From Alloascoidea hylecoeti (Eukaryota), in assembly GCA_001600815.1 (NCBI GenBank), contig BCKZ01000001.1:1956804-2020803 (forward strand): 64,000 bases of DNA, read 5' to 3'. This document shows positions 1 to 12,395 of this stretch, piece by piece. A program made the position numbers and the translations under genes. Each line of letters opens with the position of its first letter. The stretch's first letter is position 1. The notes beneath the pieces are model-generated. The model searched no databases and had not been told where the DNA came from. It worked only from the letters and a program-made list of their open reading frames with translations.

Positions 1-3000
1 TATACGGGTATTTTTATGCATTGAGCTCTTAACTATGGTAAAAATTTCAGATTTTTCCAACAGTGAATAGGTAAACCTCTTTGATAGTATGTAATTATAT
101 ATGGTATAGATATTTAATTTTCTTTAATTTTTAAAGAACGAATACATAATCAACTAATTATAAGCTACACGCCTATGGATACAGCTGTACTGGTATAGAA
201 TGACTTTGAATCAGGTTGGACAGAGAAAGAAGTTTGGACATATATATCACCCAAAAGTGTAAGTCCTGTATATCTTTTCTCCACTCCACAACCCCTGTAA
301 ATGGTAATAATTAATGAAACTTAAGGACTCTTGAATCAAGAAGAAAAGAGGCTGGATCAGCCAAAAAAAATTGAACAAATTAAACTTGAACCGAATACAA
401 CACTTTCAAAGATTATAGAGAACGGTGTATCACGTACAATATTTTAGCAGAAAAAAATGGTGGACACTCTTCAGTGTCTCAGTAGAGAATCTAGAGATAA
501 GCAAAAAGTGTTCATTGCTTACTAAGTCAGAGGAGGTTCTGGTTACTTATTCACCAACAGGATAAGGGCCGTCCAAATCAGATGATAACGGACACTATAG
601 TTATGTGAATCTGAGATGGGTCACGGTTTTCTTGATAGGAATCCCTGGATAATCACATTGAATGTTTTCTCTGCATCTTTGAAGACGATCTTAAATCTTG
701 GTATCATATCGTTGAATATTTAATTAACAAATACCACAGTAAACTAATTGAAATTCATAATGTTGAAGAAACTGGATTCCACCCTGGCGAAATAGCTAAT
801 GGTTTGGAAAGTTTTCATGCTGGGCGACGAGTCAAACGGCCGACGTCCACTGTTGTAGTTATTAAGACTGAATATTAATTATTCAGGAAATAAATTGAAT
901 AATAAGGTAATATTATATTAGCTGGTGAATTTTCTTGAATTCTCAGGAAATCATCGATATCCTCTATTCATATATCTAAAACTTTACATAACTTTTAAAA
1001 TTATTTATAAACCTTATTTCATCATCCCATCTCTTAATTCACATTCTTTACTACTATGATCGCTTCAATTCTATTGATATCTCTGCAACTACAACCTCAT
1101 TAGAATGTAGCACTCACGCATAGGCAGATATCTTGCCAAAACGACTAACTTCATCAAGGCAATCATTCGTAATTAAAAGTTCGTATGACAGCAAAAAGTA
1201 GCGTCATCACAGGTTTTTCTTCCACTAGTTTTAATTCATTCAGTTTTGTTCTGGTTGTTTCGATCCAACAACCCAAAAAGATCTAGAATCTTTGCACCAG
1301 GGATTAAATTGGACCCTTGAGTCCATTGATTAAATTGATGTTCATATAACAAAGTCATTGGTGTTATGTAGCTATGGGGAATCCTCAGAGATCCTGATTC
1401 ACTGCCAAAAATTATACGCTGAGCACAAGTGGCGGGGGTTGTAGAATGATAATGAAGAGTACTATAACGGCACCAAATCTGATCTGATCCGTTTTCCCAT
1501 AAGGAAGATTCATTGAAGGGTAGAAGAGATTATTCTAAACGTCTCCACGAGACACCCCTTGCCATTGAATCACTGAACAAGAAAAGGTTGGCAGATTGTG
1601 AGGCGAACACTTTCCAAATCAAGGTCTCTCTCAAACAAAACGGCTCCATTGGGGGAATACGTTTACCACATATTGCGGGTAGAAAATAGGGATGACAATA
1701 TATAATGTATATACATTAATTTAATTTTCCAAAAAAATTTAATTTTTTGGTTGGATGGTTTACATATTGTCCAAAACTTCTTCTCCTGTACCTTATTTGA
1801 AGTAACCCTATATCCGGTTGTAGCCATGGAGGATAATGGTGCTATATAGTTAGTTTATATCAGTTATCTGTCCGTTCTACAAAAATTGAAAAAGTACCAA
1901 TTCCAATCTAATTACAATATTACGACTCATCAAAACAATCCCGAATTATATTTAGGTTCCGTTTACTAGAACTTTCCACGATAAAATAATTATAATAATT
2001 TTTTCAACAACTATTTTATAAGACCAGATAGTAATAATCTATGAGTAGAAACTAATAGATAAAATTAATATTGAAGAGTATTTTGTTCTTTACCTTTCAG
2101 CCCTTCTAAAATCCATATAAATACAACATTATATCTGCAACAATGATCTATTACAAGGGTTGAGCTCATATGCTTGCTTTTGCTTGCTTCTGCTTTCTTC
2201 GATTGCAGAGGTTACCCTGGAAACCGAGCCTTGAAGTATTATAGTAATATGGTTACTGTTTTTATGGAAGTTATGAGCCAGTGGTCCACCCAAAACTTTC
2301 AACTTCCCGGGTTCTTTATTGCGGCAAAAGCCTTCAGCTTTTTTTTTCTTTCCCGACCAGTTCTACACCGGACCAGTGAGCATCCTGACTGCTCTCAAGA
2401 ATCCTCACACGATTGTGACAGAGAAGGTTGGAAATTTAAAGGAAGCCATTAGCAGCTTTGCTGACACCTTCTCTATCTGGATGTCTGTTGAATCATGACT
2501 AATTTTAGCTTGTCACTCTTGTGGAAAATCGGCATCTTCTGTTTAACCTTCCCATATAGTCTATATATTATGACTTCTCTGTTGTTATTAATATTTCACT
2601 TTATACAAAAATATAGCACTGAGTAGACTTTGTACCGCCTCAGCAACTGTCATGAATTTACTATTAAAAGTATTATTACTCCTACCTTTTTATTTATTTA
2701 TTTGTATTTCCTTTTCCAGTTTATCTTTCCTTACACTATTGTGAGGTTATTTTGCTAATGTAATTACTTGGTTATCGGATACATGGACCAGAGTAAATAT
2801 TAATTAATATTGGGTGGTACCTAACAATAATTTCGCGGGCCAAATAAGTAAAAGAGAAGTAAAGAAAAATATTAGTATTACAAGCGTTTTTGCCACGAAT
2901 AGCTAAATAGGTGTTTTGGTTGATTTAGACATACGGGAATTAACGATTCCTGAATTTATACCATAGATAATTAGGCTAGTTAGTATTATGAGAACTATAT

Positions 3001-3939
3001 ATGGCATGCTGTTGACGCTTTATATAGAAAGTTTTTAATATACAATTATTTTGCATACTTTTACATACTCACATCTAAACAAATCACGCCGCTCTCAGAA
3101 TTCGGAGTAAATTAATGTAGTCCTGAAGAACAACACAAACATCTCAAAAAGGGATCATACACATCGGCAAAAAATAAGTACTTTTATTTCAACAATGCTC
3201 CCGCACAAATCACCAAACAGTTGCGACACAGTGCAGCAACAAGAGAATTTTCTTTTGAACTAATATCGTGGGAGGAAATGGATCATGTTTTAGTGGACAA
3301 TTACTCTAGTAAAAATAGCAAGGCTGTTCCGCTTTAACAGCTTTCATAAAAGCTTTACAAGCACTTGAAGTGTATGGAGCCTTCAAACGCTTAAATAATT
3401 TTCAGCGAGTGTTGAAGTTCCCGAATCACATGGCTTTTCCAGGGAGCTTTTCTATTATCTTAACATAATTTCCAGCTATCAACGTTAATTATGAATAGAA
3501 AGAAAAACAAATCCCACCCAAAAAGGAAGACAACTTTATGAAAAGAAAACAATTAACAAACAGCATAAAAAGCTCTACCTACATCAAAATTATTTCTACC
3601 TGATAAAACAAAAATCACTATTCTTTGTGGGATGTCTATAGTAATACTAGTATTATAGTTAGCATGCGTGCTTTGCTTTTGTTTTCTTTATAATCAAAAC
3701 GTTGTCTCCTATGTTTTTCTCTTGAATGATACCACTTCTTTAAAAAGCATAAGCTGTCGATTATTCCTATCAACACTAGTAATGCCTTGAATAAATTATT
3801 GAATCTTGTCCTAGTCAAATAAGTTTGTCACCACATTCTGAATAAAATTAAAAATTTAACGAATAAGTTTGAAAAATGAAAATCTCTTCCTTTAATCAAA
3901 ATGAATCAGATGGAAAATGAATTTCTCGAAATGGAAATT

Positions 3940-4545
3940 AATGGATTCCTAAAATTGGGATTCACCAAAAAGTAACCCCGCTTCATTACTCTATTTATAA
4001 AAAAGACACATAGAGTACTAGTAAATGTTCGCCTGGCTAATAGCATTACAATTATACTCCCTCCTGTGGGTGGTGATTCAATATTAATCTTTCAGAGAAT
4101 TGGTTGTAGATTTTAATAACCCAATAAACTTTTCAATGTTGGATCTCATAAATATATCATCATCATATAAGATTAAATGGAGATTCAGAAAAGTTCACAA
4201 CTTTTAAACGTCTATTCAGATATTACTGTTATAAATTAGAGGGTTTTGGCTTTCGGGCTTGTTAGTTTGCTGTCTGTTTCCACTCAACTTCTATGACATC
4301 CTCATGAAGACTTTTGCCCCATATATTTAAACGATATGTTAGTATTTAGTCATTCCAAAGAAGAACACTTACAACATATACAACTGGTTTTTAACAAATT
4401 ACAGAAATTTCAGTTTCTTCAAGAAATCAATTAATTGGTTAGGTCATGCTCTATAATTCGAAGCTATAGAAGATGGAATTATTATAAATCCCTCAAATGA
4501 TTCCATCAAGACAATTAACGGGTATCCTATAGCAAATAAAACCTA
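3940..4545 (+). mobile_element. Degenerate Ty3/Gypsy reverse transcriptase relic (frameshifted, catalytic YLDD changed to YLND)
   Basis: RT motifs appear in the correct order across shifting frames: VNVRLANSITI (4021; cf. VDYRxLNxIT), FSMLDL (4130), HHIRLNGDSEKFTTF, RVLAFGL, IYLNDMLVFSHSKEEHLQHIQLVFNKLQKF (from 4321), then LGH. No LTRs were recognised. Confidence 0.8.
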
Positions 4546-5056
4546 CAATTCGCTTCCATTTTTTCGAAAATAACCATTCAGAAATAAAGCTCTTGTCTTT
4601 GAAAGAAGGGAGGTGCATTATAATCTATAATTGCTAGAACTCCCTATATTTTAAAACAATTATATACCTCTTATTAATATAATATATTAATATCCTAATT
4701 GTATTTAGATTCCAAGATTTAAGACAACTGTAACAATTTTAACGTACGTTAACAAAAGTTACAGCCTTTTTAAAAAAATATACCCAAAGACATATATTTG
4801 CAACTTCTGTCTTCTTTAATCCCTTATATGTTAGCTACAGCACTAATGAAGTTAAAAATGGTGTGAAAATTCGAATTTGTGACTTGAGACACAATCAATT
4901 GGTACTTCATTTCGGTAAATTTCTAGCCTCAATTTAATGTAGTACTAACCCTTTAAGTTTAAGGATATAAAGTTTGTATCTGTAAACGTTTCATTTTTGT
5001 TCCTCATAATAATAAAAAAAAAAGTCACGTAACTAATAATAACAATAAAGGCTCAA

Positions 5057-5303
5057 CACAAACTGCGTTAGCTTTAATGCACAACCAGATACAGTAAAAT
5101 GCACTACTTGCAGGAACACCAAAAATTTAAGAGTTCACCCTCTTAGGGTTCACGTATCGCATTTTCTCATAGGATTTAGGGTAGGAACGGTTTCTTTTTG
5201 TGTATGTGGTGCGTGGTTTGTCTGGTTTTTGTGCGTGTGTGGTGTCTGTGTTAGGCCGTACCTAAGCTTAGTAAGAGGTGCATTAAAGCTAACGTAGTTT
5301 GTG
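5057..5303. mobile_element. 247-bp non-autonomous DNA transposon (MITE) with CAC...GTG ends
   Basis: 26-bp terminal inverted repeats CACAAACT(G/A)CGTTAGCTTTAATGCAC at 5057-5082 and 5278-5303 (1 mismatch). Flanked by CAA at 5054-5056 and 5304-5306 (putative 3-bp TSD). No coding capacity. Confidence 0.7.
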
Positions 5304-6825
5304 CAAATATTCAATTATTCGATTAAAAGTATAGCTTATATATCCATAATTATATCCACCCAATGAAAACTTAACCTTTGCTTATGGCTCCAAACACATA
5401 TGAGACTTGCTGATCTCCGAAAACAGGCAAAAGAAACAAAACCGTATTGATTGGAATAATTGCATGCATGAGTACCAAAAGCAGCATCCACTTACATTGA
5501 GAAATATTATTGAGGTTGGCAATTGTTGACAATGTTGAGTAAACCAGCACCGCTTATAAGCTTTCCACAAGGTTTATGAGTGAAGAAAAATCCATTTTTC
5601 ACTTTCTTTTAAACTATTGGGACTTTATGGACCAGAATATCATTGATATATGCATCTTACAATATAATTCCATGCAGCAGCCCATATTTATGATATTAAG
5701 GGCGTTAACACTAAATACTAAGCTTAAGATATCATTTTATATAGATAAATATATTCTCCAGAATATCTGTAACATTAAGAACAGTTTAAAGCATTGTAGA
5801 ATATAATCAGTAATTGGCTATAATATCGTCTTTTTTTTTTAGGAGTGGTGAAGCTACTAATGCATATGCATAAGACACATGAACTCCATAAGGCTTATAC
5901 GCGTGTATATTACTGTATAACTTCTATAGCTAATAATCAATCAATTGATTGATTTTATTGTGTAATATTACAGAATGTAACTAGAATTAAATACAATTGC
6001 AAGTTTATACCTTGATAGACATGACTAAAAAAATGCCAGCTGCGGATGTGCCCTCCGAGTTTCATGGCTGTTCTGAATAGGGGAGTCTTCTATTAATTCA
6101 TAATGATTAAACGTTTAACGTACAAAATCCTTAAGGGTGGAAAGATACTGATTGGATGTTTATGTAATTCACGAGCGTGGTTCATGTTTGTTTTCGGCTA
6201 TTATATCTTATAGTTTATGCACTTAAATAAATGGAAATATTAATCCGTTTAATTGGCCGGAGAAGATAAATAAAGTAACAATTGATCTTTCTTTTTATAT
6301 ATTGAATTATTCTTAATAACTTCTATTTTGAAAGCTTAAGTATATTATTTTCAGTTTCAAATTAAGCTTGTTTATCTATCCTAGCTCGGCCTATACCTCA
6401 AATAAGTTTGTAATGTATTCATATATTTATAATTAAAAGATTAAGATAAAAGACACCATCTCTCTTTAGAATTAATTCTTCTTTTGTGTATGCATTGCAT
6501 ATAAATCCAAAAGATTTGCTGTTTGGAAATTTGCTATAATTATAATTATACCTATATGGAGTCAGAATTCGAAGATATTAAAAATAATCCCCAAAGATTG
6601 TTCCATGTGTAATAGTGTACGGAAACTTGGGCACATGATATTTGAAGATCTTTGCTACCTATAAATATAAGCTTACAATTAATTAAGTATAATTATATCA
6701 CTTAATCAGATTATCATTATAATATTATATTATATTCCCTTAAAACTCTTTCAGTTTATAAGTGATCATTCAAGATCGATAACTGATCATGTGATGGACA
6801 TGTTACTGATTGAGAGGTGTTTGTA

Positions 6826-6871
6826 AGTATCGGTATCGGCATCGGGGGCATCTTTTTTGGCCCTGGTATCG
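6826..6871 (+). repeat. Fragment of the hAT-type element found at 45955-46216
   Basis: AGTATCGGTATCGGCATCGG...ATCTTtTTTGGCCCTGGTATCG closely matches 46110-46160, apart from one missing repeat unit and a few substitutions. Confidence 0.6.
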
Positions 6872-9800
6872 GGGAGGTTATTCAGCTATGTAGGTTTAAA
6901 AATTCTGGTCCGTACAGCAGTAAACTTAAAAAAGCACAACCACCCTTATCAATACATAGGTATACAGTATTATATAAAATTTGTTAGAGTAGGTAAATAC
7001 TTGGTATAAAAGAAAACACCGGACTAGATCTCCTCTTTTGATTTATGCCACTTACACTGATATGTTGTTTACTCATGGCTTAGATTGCCACATTATCACC
7101 ACTATTTTTTCAAAGGTTCATTCACCTTCAGCATTCAAGACGGAAAATATGTTTGAATATACCTTCCATTGCATCCACGTAATTGAGGCGTTTGGGTTTA
7201 TTTGCTTCCGCGTAATTTTATGAGGATTAATATTGGTTCATTTTTGAAAATAGATCTTTTGGGGCCTCCTCAATTGGGTCTAATTCCGACGATTTATGCA
7301 TGCCACCAGATCAACAATTCCCCTCTTCCAACTGTAACTACAGCATGATATTACCAGATTCGTGAACAAGAGCATTGGAATATCAGCAGGCACCGAATGT
7401 CCTAATTTTTAGATCTGGGTAAAAATTTGGGATTCCTGACACGAGTTTCTACACTCGGAATAGTTGGATTTTTACGGTTTAATCGCGTGAAAAACCCTGC
7501 TATTGGGGAGCCCAAATTTGATTCTCATACAATACATGTGGATCTTTTCAGCTTAATTGAAGAGTCAATGGGGTTTCTTTCCTATAGAAAATATTTTTAC
7601 GGCTATTTTAATTAATTATAGGCCTAAACATTTAAGTTAATACCTGTTTTAGAGATAATTTTTAAAAACAAAAAACACCTGCATCCATTTTTGGGGTAAA
7701 CTAGCGGCCCACGGTATATATCTATGATTCAGCCATTAAATAAGCGTTGTGGTGATTCAAAAAATAACATGAGAATTTTTCGCTAAAGATTTTCTAAACC
7801 ATCTTCCAAGTAAACTAAAGTGGGGGTTGTATTCAAAAAAAAAGCGAATCCTGATCATCTGGACAAATCGATAATTTAATCTTGCTACGGGCGGGTAACT
7901 TCCAAATATAAGATTGCACATGTGTGTGTTACTTTATATGGGCATGCATATTTGCATAATTACTGTATATGAGAAATAATTTAATAAAATAGGGAAAAGA
8001 ACTAAATTGATACTATTAGTCATTTATTTATTTCCATACATCTTCAAAATTGTCAGTTATTGTTGTGTTAATCATGGTTAATAAGTCAAAGATTGAACCT
8101 TCGATTGCGTGTATGAGTATTAAGTCGTCTAATTGGGTAATTATTCATGATATTGATGCTCATCATTGCATATGCATATATATGCCAAAAAAAAGATACA
8201 ATACATCGGCTCAACGTAATCCTAAATAAAAATAAGAAAGCATTAAATTTCATTTGCCATTTATATATCCACGTATATCTCTAAAATTGTCATTTAATGT
8301 TGTTTGTGGCTGGTTGTGTAGAATCAAAAGAAGGGTGTTGCGAAAAGCTCCATGGACTTTCATTTTAAATGATCACCACCATAGTATCTGCACCTGCTCT
8401 CAGATAATTATAAGATAATTACAGGCATTAACCGTAGGTAGAAATACTAAAAGGATTGAAATTGGCAATTGTTAAACAACTGTACATGAATTTAATCCAA
8501 GTTGTTTTAATTTACATTAAATTCAATGCTTTAGAAATTCTTGGCTATGACGAGATCTTTTTATTTAGTTAAATCCTGAGTATGGTAGTCTATACGTGTA
8601 CAGCTGTAGGTGAAAACATTTCAACTTTCATGCGGTCTAGAACATTCCACAATCATTGATTAATCGTAAATGGATTTGCAGGTTTAAGTTCAAGTCATAT
8701 ATGTTTAAAGAAAATAATAAATTCTTCAATGCTAACCCTAGGAAGATTCCCATTGGAATTTCTAGATATATTTTTCTAACAGCATATAGCATATACTATT
8801 TTACGGTAGAGCTCTTCTTTCATACCGTTATGTAACAGTTGAATACCATAGAAAATTTAAGGTTAAGACGTCATTAGGCTTTGCGGTAGCGATTACTCCA
8901 CCCAACTCTTACCCGTTGCTAGCTCCTGAAATACACCTAAGTTATCGTTTGAAAATCACTAGATTTGATCAGAGCACGTTATATTCCCACACCTTATTTG
9001 TACAAAGACCAAAATAATCATAAGTGTAACTTATAGTTAGTTATAGTCATAGGGGATTATACATTACCTACTACCTAGAGCTTCTAATTTCGAATATTTA
9101 GATATAAGATAATTATAAGCCAAATTAATTATAATAGACCAAAAACCAATTATGAATTACATCATTCGTATAGGCTATACATTTTTTAAATCAAATTTAA
9201 GTTTGAGAATATCTCAAGATATCCAAATTGGACCAATTCAGCCATGGAATCCCCAGAGTATTAATATAAATATATATATACATACTACTGTTACTTCTAA
9301 AATTAGGTTCTACTAGAAATATGAAAGAGCATTAATGAATTCATTTAATTGTAATTCAATGAGCCTAAGTATAGATTAATAAGTGTTACACATAATTATT
9401 ATGAAATAATGTGTCTTATAGTTTATAGAAGTAGATGCTACTTAATATTACTTCTAAATAAGATATCTTGATTGAAAAGTAACTATATATTGTAATATTA
9501 ATATATAGATATTAATCATGGGAGAGTTTTCGAGTAAAATGGTATAAGAATAGTCTAATCAATACTCATATTATAAAAATAGCAACCACTTAAGATTCTC
9601 TATAAATTTGGAGAAGCAGTACATAAACAACTTTTCGAGTAGCTAAGAAAGCCCGAAATGAATACATATATTGGTATATTTCCATTACTAATCTATAGCT
9701 ATGAAACCCGAAAATCCAAAAGCAAAAAGAGTACATACGTATGATTAAACCAACTCGATAGTGTGGCTTTATTTCTCCTTATGGATATTTCTTTTCCAAA

Positions 9801-10047
9801 GACGTTTCACGTTAGATACAGAGTCTTTTTGAACTACCTAGAATGACCATTTGGTCCAATACTACCGCCCCGTCCCGTTTTTTAATCTAAACTGACATGA
9901 TACAGTATATCTTAATTATAATAATAATAATAATAATCAGTTTATGTTTTAATTTAAGGATTTTGGTTATATTTATAAATATGGTATAATTCTCCTCTAT
10001 CTCATAAATATTTCAATATTCAAGGCCCCAAAGATAGTGTTTTCTGA

Positions 10048-12395
10048 ATGTCAACCATCATGAAAAGAGGCAGAGACAGAGTTTCAAAATGTTGTACATT
10101 TTGTAAAAGCAAAAAACTAAAGGTAAGAAAGCTCTTAGTATCTAATATATACCTATATATTTCAAAAATGAATGTTTTACTCACGTTTAATCTCAAACTC
10201 AGTGTGATAAAAATAAACCGGCTTGTGGGAACTGCTTTAGGAGAAACAGAATATTCGAATGTCATTATGTTGAACCTAAATGGATCAGCGAAACTGCACC
10301 TAAAACTAGGAAGGCTGAATTAGATGAAGAAAACAAAAAACTTTATTCTAAAGTTCAAAAATTGGAGTATGAATTGGCAATATCCAAAGAATCAACATCT
10401 TCTTCAAATTTAGATTCCTATTCCTTCCAGCATCCTAATGCGGTAATTTGTCATAATAAAGACCCGTCAATTGACTTAAGGCTAGCATTTCAAACTATTG
10501 GTTTCAAACATTCTCAACCAATATATTTTGGAGGAACAAACCGCTTTTCAATGATGAAAAATGATGAAGTCTTTAAATATATCACATTTCACAATCCAAT
10601 TGTACTTACAGATTCATCAGAATCAAAAATACTGAATAACAATAAAGAGCATTATTCAAAGCTTATTAGAAGAGTACAAGATATTTTGCCATCAAAAAGA
10701 TCTTGTGATGCGCTACTAAACTATTTTTTTCTTTTCATTCATAACATTTACCCAATAATAGATGAAGAGACATTTAGAGATGATTTAAGCGAAATTATAA
10801 GGGCGCGCGATAATGATCACGTTATTCTTTTTGTGACAAAGGATAGTCAACTGAGAATTATGGCTATTTATCTCCTTATTTTGAAGATATCCTACAGATC
10901 ACTACCTTTCCTTAGAACACAAAAGGATGTAGAGGAAACATTTAAATATGCAAGAAATAAACCATTGCAAAGACTTCTTGAAGAAAATGTTAATGTGGAC
11001 TCTGAATTCATAATACTGGCACGTGCATTCACACTGATCCCTTATGATTCGTTTGTGATGACTGGTGATATTACTTATCTTCAATTTCTTTTACTGTTAC
11101 GAATTTGTTTATCATTTTCGCCGTTTGAAGAAGTAGAAGACTCTATTGATACTGTTGAATATGGCTCTCTTATCAGTGGTATAATTGTAAGTTTGGCCGT
11201 TGAAATGGGGTTTCATCGGGATCCAGATGTTTTTAGTCAGCTATGGGATGAAAAGGTCAAATTTGGAATACGAAAGGTTTGGCATCAAATTTTAATTGGC
11301 GATGCACTTAGATCCAGCTGTTTGGGTCGGCCATTAGAAATTAATAATATGAATTTTGACATCAAAGTTCCGTTTACTCCCAGAGAATATGCAGATAGTG
11401 TTCAAATAGCTATGCATGTTAGATCATTTTCCATGTTTGGAGTTATATGCAAGTTGGTCAGGGAATCTACATTATTATTACTTGGATTAAGAAGAAACCC
11501 AAAACGATCCACCATCGAGCTTCAATTGAAAAAAGCAAAGCGGTTATTAAATAATGAGATACATCATCACCATCGAGAGCTATTTTATAAAACCAATAAT
11601 ACTATTGAGAGGTGTGAGATGGTTGTAATAATTCAAATGAAGTTTATTTTATTATTTCATATACTCACATTATACCATGTTTTGATTATAACCTGTGAAA
11701 CCAATGAGTATGAGTTGAAGGCATATTTTTATAAGGCTGCAGCTCAAGAGATTACTGATAGTTTTCTTTTTTCAAATATGGTTTTGGAAAACTGTTCAGA
11801 ATTCTATGGAAGTGAATCTTTAACTGTTATTTGCCCTTTAATTTTTTCATATACTCATAGAGCCTACGTGGTCATAATAAGCATGCTTTTGTGGTTCGAA
11901 CAGACTCCCCAGCTGTCGAGATATGAAGAGATTCAAAATGGCTATTCTTCAAATGAGATGAACAAACCTAGAATTGACAAGAATTGGGATTACGATACAC
12001 ATTTTCCAATTAAGTTCAAATTCCTCGAATATATCAGGAGGTATCAATCAAATATTCAAATGTTTTGCCATAGAGATATGTATCCAAATGGTCGGAATAC
12101 AGCAGAAACATACATCAATATTATTTTAAAATTATTAGTACGGAAAGAAGGAGAAAAAAATTTAAATGTTGATGATGTTGAGATTAGTCTTAGATCCCCG
12201 GTTGCTGCAAATAAAATTATCCATTTATTTAAACCCAATTTAAAGGAGGGTTCACAATTGAAGCAACAAAAGAAAAATATACAAGACAAAGAAAACATAT
12301 TATGGCAAGAATACCAAATGGAAGCTAAATTTTGGAATCAATTTTTTGAATATAACCGAGAAATTAGAGGAATAAAAGAGATGTCAATAATATAG
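10048..12395 (+). CDS. Zn2Cys6 transcription factor with fungal middle-homology region (paralogue A), ~755 aa
   Basis: join(10048..10122,10203..12395). 80-nt GTAAGA...TACTCAC...CAG intron. Splicing restores CTFCKSKKLK|CDKNKPACGNCFRRNRIFEC followed by EPKW and a coiled coil. MHR motifs ILPSKRSC, GFHRDP, FDIKVP. Confidence 0.9.

Noticed and set aside
340..870. Possible retrotransposon integrase/connection fragments (KKIEQIK, SDDNG, TGFHPGEIANG)
   Set aside because: The resemblance is too weak and scattered to call without a profile search.
5195..5255. GT-rich telomere-like tract
   Set aside because: It has no regular repeat unit and lies inside the MITE.
10048..10323. Stand-alone 91-aa ORF (likewise 25650-25964, 59509-59847, 60778-60978)
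   Set aside because: These are first exons read through into introns; splicing joins them to the downstream ORFs.
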